A DNA stretch of 64,000 bases, taken from the NCBI GenBank assembly GCA_977017645.1, contig OZ360222.1, forward strand, positions 44,950,001 through 45,014,000, written 5' to 3'. Positions 1-11,736 of the stretch are shown here, in pieces. The DNA comes from Torpedo marmorata (taxonomy: Eukaryota). Position 1 is the stretch's first letter, and the number at the start of each line of letters is the position of its first letter. Position numbers and translations under genes: made by a program. The notes under the pieces were generated by a model. That model was not told where the DNA came from, ran no database searches, and saw nothing but the letters and a program-made list of their open reading frames with translations.

Positions 1-236
1 TTGTATTTAGGAGTTGTAACTTAAACCTTATGACAATGAGCAATTAACAGAAAATTGATGTCATCATAAACGGTGAATGATGCGTTGCATTCCTACATAA
101 AAGACCAAGAACGTGGAGGGCTGGGTTTTTTTTTTTTTTAAAAAGGCTGCTCACAGGGAATCAATTCCTTCTGAGTGGAGATGTTTGGGTAACTTTCTTA
201 CTAATTGACCCTGGTGCCTGCACAGCTGTTTAGGAC

Positions 237-3200
237 TGTAACCCAAATAATTTGCTTTGCTTTCAGGATTTCCTTCCCCCCAATAACTGATTGTTTCCAT
301 CCCTAATTTCCTCAGTACTACAGAGCAAATCAGGATTACATGCAAAATGGGGGCTTGATCGCACAACTGTGACGCTGGTATAGAAATACCATCGATGGAC
401 TATTTCGAGCTCCCATTTCATTTTAGTGTGACTGTCACTTTAAGGGTTAACAAATCATGCTGCAAACATGCACAGCTTTGGAGAGACTGGGGGTAGCAAC
501 AACTCGTACAGCATGTACCAACTTCGCTACTTTTGAAAAGAGAGGAGATGGGTTCCTTTTCCAGGGACACAGGTGGAGAGAGTCATGTGAGTGAAAAACA
601 TTAAAGGAACAGCACACTTGGTGATCAGGGGCCATTTTAAAGGAACAGCACTTTGTGAGCAGCAGCCATCTGAAGGAACACTGTGCTGGAGTGGCTCTGT
701 GTGGTGATGGACAATTTGTTTGATTCTCCCTGTCAGGGGAATTATTATTTTTTTTAAAAATATTTTATTTAAAATTTTTAAATCACAAAATACATAAAAT
801 AAAATATAAAATTATTTGTGATACATTTTCATCCCCCCTCCCCTCCCCAACCCTCCCAACCCTCCCAACCCCACTAATCTAATAAAAATAAAAATATAAA
901 ATAAAAATAGAAAAAGAAGAAGAAAAAAGAAAGAAAAAGATAGAGTAAGGAGAATGCCAATCTATAAACTAATTCTATTATGGAGGTCAAGTATGCCAGT
1001 AGATCCGATATCCAGAGATCTTCAAATCCTTAAACCAACAACTTTCATACATGGGCTCCAAATTTTTAAGAAGAAATGATATTTGTTACATAAATTATAA
1101 GTAATTTTTTCAAGTGGTATACACGAACGAAGTTCTGCATGCCATCTTTCTAATCCTAAATCTAAATCAGATTTCCAAGTAATAGCAATACATTTCTTTG
1201 AAACAGCTAAAGCAATTCGCAAAAATTCTATTTGATACATATTTAATTTCATCTTTATACTAAATTTTCTAATATCTCCAAACAAAAATATCATAGGATC
1301 CATTGGAAATGTAATCTTAAATACTTTATCTAAAAAATTTTTAACTTTCAACCAAAAATCATAAACTTTTGGACAAAACCATGTAAAGTGTACAAAAGAC
1401 CCTTCCTCTTTATTACATCTAAAACATAAACCTGATAATATCGGATTAAATTTCTTTAATTTTTTAGGTGTTAAATATAATTGATGAAAAAAATTGTATT
1501 GTACTAATCTATATCTAACATTAATAATCTTCGTCATACTTAATTTACATAATTCTTTCCAATGATTTTCATCTATTCTTACATTCAAATCTAATTCCCA
1601 TTTTAATCTTGATTTATGAATTCCTACTTTAGGAATTTTCCTCTGAAACAATTTATACATTTGAGAAATAAATTTATTGACATCTCCTTTAGTAACTAAT
1701 AATTCATTCTGTCTTGGTAAAATCAAAGCATAACCTAATTTCTCAATCAGAAAAGCTCTAATTTGATAATAAGCAAAAAGTGTATTATCTAATATATTAA
1801 ATTTATCTTTCATTCTTTGAAAAGTAATAAATTTCCCAGCTTCAAAACAATTATTAATCTTCTTAATTCCTTTTTGAAACCAAATTTTAAATAATTGATT
1901 ATTAATAGTAAATGGAATAAGTCCATTTTGATATAAAGGCATCCTTGAAGAAATCAATCCTTTTCCTCCTATTTCCTTATCCATCTTATTCCATATTTCT
2001 AACAAATGTTTAAAAATAGGCGAATTTTTCTTTCTTGTTGATATTAATTTAGAATCCCATTTATAAATAACTTCTTCTTTGGAATCTTCTCCTATATTAT
2101 TTAATTCTATTTTAATCCAAGCAGAAGATTTAGTTGAATCAAAAAATTCATTAACAAATTTTAGTTGAGCTGCTTTATAATAATTTTGAAAATTAGGAAG
2201 TTGTAAACCACCCATTTCATAATTCCAAGTTAATTTTTCCATACCTACTCTTGCTAACTTTCATTTCCATAAAAAAATTCTAATAATTGAATTTAAATCT
2301 TTTTTAAAATTTTGAGGAATTTCATAAGGAATTGATTGAAAAAGATATTGAATTCTTGGAAAAACATTCATTTTGATACAATTTACTCTTCCCATTAAAG
2401 TTATAGGTAAATCTTTCCAATTTTCTAAATCTTTCTTTATTTTCACAAATAATGGTAAATAATTTAATTTGTATAAATTAGCCAATTTTGTGTCAACCCT
2501 TATTCCCAAATATTTAATTCCTTCCTTTGCCCATTTAAATTGTGTAATTTCTTTACATCTACTATAATCCCCTTGTGATAATGCCATAATTTCACTTTTA
2601 TCAGAATTAATTTTATATCCAGATATTTCCCCATATTCTCTCAATAACACAGACAATTGTATTAAGTATGTAGTAGATTTTGTCATATATATCAATACAT
2701 CATCTGCAAATAAACTAATTTTATGTTCTTCCATTCCAACTTTAATACCAACTATTTTAGGATCTTTTCTAACTAATTCTGCCAAAGATTCTATCGCCAA
2801 AATAAATAATGCTGGTGACAAAGGACATCCTTGTCTAGTAGATCGAGTCAAAGGAAATTTTGAAGAAATTTGTCCATTTGTAACTACTTTAGCAGATGGT
2901 TCTTTGTCAGGGGAATTATTGAACCACACTGTGAGCAAAGGAAAGGTCATTTTGATTGACCCGTGCCTGGGTTTTAGTAGCTTTGTGGAAGTCACACGTT
3001 TCGGTTCCCCTACGAAAGGAAAAGGGGAGTTATGACAACCACTTGTCTGAAAGGACATTCGCTCTGGAAGTAACTCAACAAGGATTCGTAAGTTTTTGGC
3101 AGTCTGGTCACTCAGTCTCTCCCACCTCCTTCATGATTACTTCTTTGCATCAGTTTAAGAGTCTTTGTGTCAACACTGGATTTCTAAGACTGACTTTGGA

Positions 3201-3388
3201 ATGACTTTCCAGAATTGTGCCTAATCTGTAATGGTTTTGGGTATCACACTCACACATAAGTCTATTCGCGCATAGTTGGGGTTAAGTTACTTAAGGTGTT
3301 ATAGTATTAGTAGTTAGTAATAAAAATAGTGTTTTAAAAATAACACTGTCTTGGCGAATTTCTATTGCTGCTGGTCTGAGACGTAACA
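237..3388 (+). mobile_element. Solo LTR (about 980 bp net) interrupted by an L1
   Basis: TGTAAC...GTAACA termini; GGAC repeated at 233-236 and 3389-3392; AATAAA near the 3' end; the two halves rejoin across the L1 TSD. Confidence 0.6.
747..2904 (-). mobile_element. 5'-truncated L1-clade LINE (RT C-terminal half and C-terminal Cys-rich domain)
   Basis: [14 protein letters not shown] and CFRC...H..W.CP motifs; A-rich tail at about 747-770; 16-bp TSD TGTCAGGGGAATTATT at 731-746 and 2905-2920. Confidence 0.93.
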
Positions 3389-5528
3389 GGACTGTACCCG
3401 CGTACCTGAAATTCCCTTTTCTCTCAACGTTTACCTTGATTCTGCCATTACCCTCATCCTTCCCCGACCCCACAGCTTTTCCTTTTCTCATTCTTACACG
3501 CATGCCTCTCTCCCGGCTGCAGAGTCAGAGTGAAAGCACAGAAACAGGCTCTTCAACCCACTTGACGTGCAACAACTGTGAAGCATCCATTTACACGAAT
3601 CCTCAACTCATCCCATTTGATTCTCCCCACAATACCATGATACAGGTTTCTGCTTTACTCCCGTCATTGCTGCATTTCAGCGTAAAGACTACCTCAATCA
3701 CTCAACCGATTCGTTTTGAATTTATACCCATCACTGAAAGTTCTGGAGGAACCAGGAAAATATTTATCCCATGTTTTGGTTTTTTTGGGTTTTTTTTTTT
3801 TTAAAACTTCTCAACTCCTCACCACGTCTTTCTTAGATTCACCAAATTTACTGATATTCGTGAAGAAGGGCTCAGGCCTGAAACATTCACTGTCTATTGC
3901 TTTCCTTGGATGCTGCACGACCTGCTGAGTTCCTCCAGCACTTTTGTGTAACTGCATTAATTCTCTAACTCTTTGTTTGCCTTTATTGATCATCTAGCTT
4001 TGTTCTTTATGTAGCTGTGTGTCAAATTTAATTTCATAGTGATGTGGAGTATATTAGGATAAACAAAATGTATATTGTTGATAATTGCTGAGGCATTGTT
4101 CACACATTAGGAACCAGAGTTCAAATCCACCTCAGCCAAATGGAGTGAATATGCTGTCAACTGCACAGGTCTTTCGCAAATTTGCTTTGATAATATCAGG
4201 GGAGGAAGCCAAAGTGAAAAGAAAAAACAATCTGCCAATGACCCAGCATTCTCAATCAATTGGGCTGTTGGGTAGGCTCAGAAAGAAAAACTCTTTGGAA
4301 GAGCAATCATCACCATTAAAGATGCACTGTTGGCCCTGATTCGATGACACCTCAATATTACTTGACTTCAAAATAAAAAGAAAAATGCCACTCGTCTCCA
4401 ACATCACCAGCAACTCTGACAAAACTGTGTCAAATATTAAACAAAGAACACAATGTTCAATGAATCCAAGAAGTTGCATCCATCACTTCGACCTCCTGCA
4501 TTCAGTTTCCTGCATTGCACCAACTTCATTTGATATAACAGAGGAACAACTTAGCTGGGCTCATGCAATCCTCCGGATTCAGCAGTCAATTCAGTAATAT
4601 CAGGCAAGCACACTTTTTTTTTTCTCCACAGATGTGGCTGCACTCTTCAGTCTTAAAAAAATATTCTATCTCTACCTGTCATTAATTGCTACGTTGATAA
4701 CTTTAGTCTTCACTCAGTTCGTTCCCTTTGTTCTCTTAACGCCTCCTCCTCTCTGCAATGCAAAACGTGCTAGTTTTCTCGTTTTTTCAGTCCTGATGAA
4801 GGGCCTTTGCCCTGAAACACAGATTTAGGTTCTCTCCCTGCAGAAGCTGCTTAACCTGCTGAGCATTTCCAACATGTCCTACTTTTATTTCAGATTTTCA
4901 GTGTCTGCTCTTTTTGCTCCTTTTGTAAAACAATGGTTACACTTCAGCTGGGGTGTAGCTTGTCCAATTTTGGGCACTGATTTTCAGGGAGACAAGAGGA
5001 CTCGGTGAAGTGTAGGTTTACTGGAATGGCACAAAAGAAAAGGAACTTCAGTTTAGGTAGAGTAGGAAAACTAGGATTGTGCTCTTAAAACCAACTAATT
5101 TCAAAAGACAAGATAGGATAGTGAGCAAAAAAAAAAGCAGAAATCCAAAACTAAAACAGAAAACAATAGCAGTACTCCACAGATCAAGCAACATTTTAAA
5201 CATGTAAGACTGATACAGCAAATAAGAAACTTGTTTCTGTTTCCAGTTACAAATAAAATCAGGAGAGGATACAAATTCAATAGATAATCGAAAGAATCAG
5301 ATGGAACAGAGAAGAAAGGCTTATGCAACAAGTACTGGAATAGATTACACCATCTGAAAGGGCAGTAGAAAGATTTAATAACAGCTTTCAAAAAGAAAAG
5401 TAACAGAATTGAACACTGAAGTGAAAAGAACTGCAGGGTTGCAAAGAACAGGGAACTGGGACTATTTGGACATAATGACTTTCCCCAAGATTGCACAGGT
5501 AAGAATGAACCAAGTAACATTTTTCTGT

Positions 5529-5885
5529 TGGCCCTTTTACACTGCCCTTAAAAGACGGGAATTAACTGCCTTTTAACCGCTTCACTTACCTGTGTGAACG
5601 CGACGAACGCGGGATGGGGAGTCATTTTCACTTACCCGCCAAGGTAGGTAGTATCAGAGCCGATGCGTTTCGCATCGGCTCCTGTGTAAAAGGCTTACCC
5701 GCCTTCCAGGGACGACGACGCTGTAATGCTGCAGGTCCCGCGTCCTTTTACACCGGGATGCCGGGTTTCTATGTAAAAGGTCGCACTGACCCGGCTTTTC
5801 TTGGTTCAGTGTGAACGACCCGAGCTGGCTTTAAACATGGGTCATTCACACGCCAATTAAATGGGATCGCTGTGTAAAAGGGGTA
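5529..5885. mobile_element. MITE / non-autonomous DNA transposon (possibly PIF/Harbinger-like)
   Basis: TIRs TGGCCCTTTTACACTG / TACCCCTTTTACACAG (13/16 match); TGT on both flanks; internal copies of the TIR core; CpG-rich. Confidence 0.6.
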
Positions 5886-6837
5886 TGTGACACATCATTG
5901 CATAATTCTGAAACTTATGCTCTAGCTTTATGTTTGGCAATTTGCCAAGAGAAACTTCATTCAACCAGTGATTTGAAGGTAATAGAGAATTCCTTCTCAA
6001 CTGGGTAGAATACTTTGCAGAGCTGAATCACCTCCAGTAATCTCTGGACCACCTCAAGAGAGTAAAATCCTAAGAACTTTAAAAACAGAGCAGAGAATTA
6101 AGGATTCATCTCATCTCTCAGAATATAATCAGATCTTATTTTTAAAAAACCTGGTCTCCAATTATTGAAATTTATAAAATGAAGTTTTCCTGCTATGGTT
6201 AATAATCTAATTTCTCTTCTACATTCAAGAGGAACAATTTGGGACCAGAACTCTTTCCCATAAGAATACAAAATGGTTTTGATGAACTCATTATTTTCTA
6301 ACCAACCTCGACTTGATCCAATTAAGGTTCCAAACTAGATAAGTTTGCACAATGCAAAGCTCTATTCTAGATTGAACATTTTAAACCAATCAGGTTAAAA
6401 CAGAACTGGCACTAAAATTGTGGGTTGATACCTTTATCTACTTATATATATAAAAATAATCAGAGACAGCATTAGTCATGAGACTGGTGGAACAGGAATC
6501 ATAGTATATTACAAATAAAATTTAATGCAATCTTTACCAATAATCTTAGTAACTGGCCAGTTTACTTTTATTAAAATATAACTTTAATGACTCCAAAATA
6601 ATAACATGTTAAGAACACTTGTTTAATATAATTAAAACTGCCTGATTACTCCAGGTGTGATCAAATTGCATCAGGCGAAAATAGAGACAAAAAAAAGTAC
6701 AATTCCATTTATGTTTTAGCTGTGACAATGGTGGAAATATCCTGAATTAACAGCAGCTCAGATCATTTATAAAGCCAACTACTCCCACCTGCCCCCTTCA
6801 TAAGAGTTTGGTAACTATTTAAACAAGTATTGTATCA

Positions 6838-7695
6838 TTCAAGATTGTTCAAGATTCAATTTATAGTCATTGTAATAAAACAGTGTCATATTACATGAAG
6901 TAAAACACGAAAATCTGTAGACACCGTGGTTGAAGTAAAAAACACAAATGCTGGAGAAACTCAGCAGGTCAAACAGTGTCTTTTATGTAGCAAAGGTAGA
7001 AATACATAACCGACGTTTCGGGCTTGAGCCCTTCATCAAAGTATTATATTACATGAAATTGCTTTTGCCTGCTGTAAGGCAGACAGATTCGCCATCGGCA
7101 GAAATTGCCTGAAGTGCCTCTTACAGTCAGAGAAAGAGAAGCAAAAGAGAGTCCCCCAGAGTCACCCAGTGTCCGTAGATTTGCCTCCAGTGCCCCCGCA
7201 GCCACAGAGTCCAGTCCAAACCATTAGCAACCCAAGCTCCAGATCCGAACCTCCGACACGGTCAGGAACCCTTCAGCACCTTTGGCACCCCCTCGCATCC
7301 CGGCTCCGATACCTGGTACCCCTTCAGTCAGTTTCGAGCCAGTCTCCAGCAGTCCGCAGCCCGACAGCAGTCTCCAGCAGCCCGCAGCCTCCGAGGGTTC
7401 CTCGCCTCGAGTCGCCAGCAGCCCGCCGCATGCGTGGGTCTTTCAGTCGCAGAGCCCCCTCATTGGTCCGCCGCCATGGTCACCATCCCGTGGGTCGTCT
7501 TCTCCTTCTCAGACGTGGGATGGTCTCCCCGTTTTCTGGTGGCCTGCGCCAGTCCTCCGCTTCCCTGGAGACTGCAACCCCTCGTGGCTGCTGCCAATCA
7601 TAGGCGCCACCACCTTGGGATGGGGATCCCGATCGCGGGATTTTAAATAAAACTACCGTCGGCTCTTTAACGGGCCGTTCAAAGCCTGTGCCTAG
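6838..7695 (-). mobile_element. GC-rich non-autonomous LINE-tailed (SINE-like) repeat
   Basis: Homologous to 60241-61070 (inverted) and 47055-47830; (TCTTGAA)n-type tail after an AATAAA-like sequence. Confidence 0.7.
6900..7045 (-). mobile_element. Penelope terminal-repeat fragment with hammerhead motif
   Basis: Matches the 3' end of the Penelope element at 33.36-33.46 kb; 12-bp TSD ATATTACATGAA at 6888-6899 and 7046-7057. Confidence 0.8.
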
Positions 7696-8799
7696 CTGAC
7701 CTCATTTTCTTTTTCGGTTTGATTTGAATTAACACAAACACTATACAAGAATGACACTTTATATCTACTTAATCCTTGTAAATACTTCTAAATTCTAAAA
7801 TTACTTTTGTCAATTTCAGCTTTTTGTACTTGCTTTTCTGTTGGACTCTTGCAGCTGGCTGCTGCACTTCAGTTACATAGCCTTCTCACTTACCTCAACT
7901 AACCACAAGAAAATCTTTTGAATAATTTGGCAAAGTCATTGAAAATTGTCTTCCATGAATGATATCATCCATCGTCTGAAGTGGTGCAAAACATGTGGAA
8001 TCACTATAAACTCTCCATTAGTAATAAAAGACCCTATTGTTTATCCCAATTGCATTTCTCCTTAAATGCTTTGTGCATTAGGTTAAAAGGAGAAGGACGC
8101 ACCTGTGGAAGCTCACACACACATCAAGCAAAATAATCTAAATCATAAAATGCAGAATAATGCACCAACATAATCAGAAAAATGTGCATGGTACAGTCAA
8201 AGAGAGTAATAACTGACGAATTAGAGGAATTATAAATATTTACAGTGATTAAAGAATATCATGAACAAAAGTATGACTTCACCCAGCCTTTAGTTCCTTT
8301 TAATATTGATAAATCTGAAAGTTAAGCTTACATCCATTGGCATTTAGAAGAATATGTGAAGCCTATAAAGATAATGATCTTAACAGAGCAGATGTGGAGA
8401 ATCTACAGCCAGGGTTCATTTTAAAAATATGAGATCATCCATTTACGATAGACAAGGTAAATTTTACCTCTGAGGATCAAAATCTTTGGGACTCTCTTCC
8501 TCAAAGGGCAATAAAAATGGTCTATGAATATTTTTTTTAAACATCGAAGTAGAGAGATTCTCAATAAACATGAGATGAACATTTATTACAGGTCAAGATT
8601 ATAAGCACATCACTCATGATTCCACTAAATGGTAGAGCACATTTGAGAGACTGAGTGGCCTAAATTACATGTTAAATTTTAATTTCCAAACAAAGTTGTC
8701 CCACTCCACTGATGTGTGCAACATGTCAATATACAATTACCAGAGGAGAGAAAAAGAGAGGCCCTTAAGATTAAAATCAATGGAAATGAAATGTGTAAT

Positions 8800-9130
8800 A
8801 ATAGAGTCGGAGCCCAGAACAAGCCCTTCAGGCCAACTCGTCCATGCCGACCAAGTTGGCATTCTGGGCTAGTCCCATTTGGGCCACATCCTGAGCCCTT
8901 CCGATCCACAAATCTGTCCAAATATCCTTTGAATTTCGCAAGTGTGCCCACTTCTGCAGTTTCCTCTGGCAACTCATTCCAGATACAGACAACCCGCTGA
9001 GTGAAAAAGTTGCTTCTCAGATCCCTCTTCAATACTTCCCTTCTCATCTTAAAGCTATGCCCTCTATTTCTAGAATTATCTACCATGGGAAAAAAGACTG
9101 TAGGCATTCACTTTTTCCATGACCCTCATA
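8800..9130 (-). mobile_element. CR1 LINE 3' fragment
   Basis: RGHSFK...NFFTQRVV..WNELP..., the CR1 ORF2 C-terminus. Confidence 0.8.
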
Positions 9131-9509
9131 TAATAAATTCTCAGTATGAACTTAACATTTCTGATAAGTAACATAAAATGCTGCAGTTCAAATAAGTAAA
9201 TGTGTCAAAGAAAACCTTTGTGATTTAAATGAGCACACTTGTAGGTCTAAAATACAAAAGCTCCATGAACTCTGAACCATTGGTTTTAAATACACTCTGA
9301 CTTGTTTTGGTGGCAGTGAGAAACAGAAGGAGAACCCCATTCCAACATTATCAACGATGCACAAATCAATACTGTTAACTCACCACTGATCCACATCCTG
9401 TGATGTCATTACCCAACAAAACCTATGGTGGCAGAGGCCAACGCAACCAGGGAGAGCACAACAGCTACCCAGGTAGGTAGTGCGACCAGGACAGTTACCA
9501 CAGCCAAGG

Positions 9510-9795
9510 AAAAAAAACACACAAATGCTGGAGAAACTCAGCAGGTCAAACAGTGTCTTTTATGTAGCAAAGGTAGAAATACATAACCGACGTTTCGGGC
9601 TTGAGCCCTTCATCAAGGTATGAGAAAATGCCGGCAGGCGTCCGAACAAAAGAGTGAGGGGGGAAAGGGGGGTGGCAAAGGCAGGAGATAATAGGTGGAG
9701 AAAGGAGGGAGGGGACAGCAGCAAGAGGAGGAGGAGGGATGGCTGGGTAGGTGGAGAAAAGCAGGAAGGACAGGTGAGGGGGGAAGGGGGGTGCC
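9510..9795 (-). mobile_element. Penelope 3' fragment
   Basis: Near-identical to 33180-33460 in reverse orientation. Confidence 0.8.
9581..9624 (-). ncRNA. Minimal type I hammerhead ribozyme motif (best-preserved copy)
   Basis: CATACC-TTGATGA-AGGGCTCAAGCCC-GAAAC-GTC-GGTTATG: core (C/U)UGAUGA, stem II GGGC/GCCC, GAAA, GUC triplet, stem I CATA.CC/GG.TATG. Confidence 0.6.
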
Positions 9796-11736
9796 AAGGA
9801 GGTTGCTTTTACTCGGACCATGACTGACAGCAGAGAGCGACTATTTGCTGGATTCCCATCCACCCACTTAGAACCAAGCAGCTCCTGGAATGGCAGCAAG
9901 CTGCTGTGAATGAATGAATTAATGATTTGCCCGTTATGTTAAAATGCTAGAAATCCAGTTTTCTGTAAATTTTTAAATCCAAAATGGCACCAGAGCAGAG
10001 CTACTCTTTTGTGATGGCTGGATAGCATTCAAAACTAAGCTTTTCACTGTATCTTGGTACAGTGGAATTAAATCTAAAGCTATTAATCTCCACAACCCAA
10101 AATCCACAGGAGCTTTATATTTAGAATTCCAAAAGTTCCTACATTACAACAGTGACAATAATTCAGGTTCTTCAATGTTCCAAAGTACAATACAGCCAGA
10201 GGTTCTAAAAGGTGCTCTAAAAGTTTTTTGCTCCCTTTTATCATTTTATCCCCTTGTTCTTTACTTCCACTGATTACAATATCTTAGCATTTCATACAAC
10301 CCATTGTAAGATCAATATTCAGATTAAAATTCAATTTCAAGGAAACAGCCATGTTCCTGTGAACCACTCATTTTCCTTGCAAAAATCATTGATAGCTAAA
10401 ATTCTGACAGCTTTCAATTTTTCTGCACCTGTACAAAGCCAAAGATTCATCGCATTTTATAGAATCTGTTATTCACCTTAGCGTGATACCTTATTCACAA
10501 AGCGTATCGCATCAATCATTCTTAGACTAAATGAAACGAATAGCTAGCTTATTAATGCTGTAAAAGGAAGCTTTATAAACAAAATTTTAAAAAGACTGCA
10601 GATGCTGTAAATCTGAATTAAAAACAGAAATGCTGGAAAAACTCAGCAGATGAGCAGATTCGAGGAAACAATTAATGTTTCAGGTTAAAGACCCTTCGTC
10701 AGTGCTGAGTTTTTTTTCCCCAGTATCTTCGGTTTTTATTTCAGCATTTTCAACCCCCGAACAGAATGGGAGAAAAAAAAAAATGAAAGACAACAAATCT
10801 GCCTAAAAAATCTCATCCTATACATAATGACACAAGAGACAGCCATTCGGTCCATTGGAATTATGCCAGCTGCCAGCAATCAATCCCATTTGTCTCATTC
10901 ACCTGTGGCCCTGAAACTTGTTCTCCCTCACACTTGCCCATCAACTTTCACTGAGGGGAAATTTACAGTGGCCAATTAAGTAACCAGCACAATCTTTGGG
11001 AAGGAAGAGGAAGCTAGAACACCCTGAGCAATCCCACATGGTCACAGAGAGAAATAACATACAAGCAGCACTCCAGAACAGGACTCAATCCGAGTCCCTC
11101 GAACTGCAAGGATGTCAAATTAACTGCTGCAAACGTTGTCAAGAAATTTTGGGAAAAAAAACAAACATCTCCTTTCGAAAGAAATCAAATTCAAGGGTCT
11201 GATGAGCCACAAATTGCAGGTCGAGCCTCAATTCACTAAATGTTCAAGGTTCACTTGCAAATAACTTTTATAAATAAAGGTGTTTACAGAACTCAAATGT
11301 ACTTAATGTACAGCTTACTACACTAGAGAATGTGTTTGTGCTCTTGATACTTGGCTGCCCCTTCAGGCCAGGGTGGAGACAGAAAGCCTTGTACTGTATT
11401 TGAACTCTCGTCTGCTAATGTTCACGAATAATTATGAACATAGCTAAGATTTCAACTTTTGCTTGTCAAATATTTCTCACTCCACCCATATTCAATAACC
11501 CGTGTCCACCCACCTTTTACGTACAGTACATACAGCCAGCAATGACAATTCAGTAGCCTCAGAAGGAGCAGCATTCAGCACTTTTTTATATTTTGTGCCG
11601 TTGATTAAGATAAAGAACATTTTACTTCCACTGGTTTGTAACAAGACAGCATGTACTTACATCTCCTGCCATCACAACCCCAATCCCAACCCTGTAACCA
11701 TCATAAACTAAGAATTCTTAGAACACGAAATGCCTC

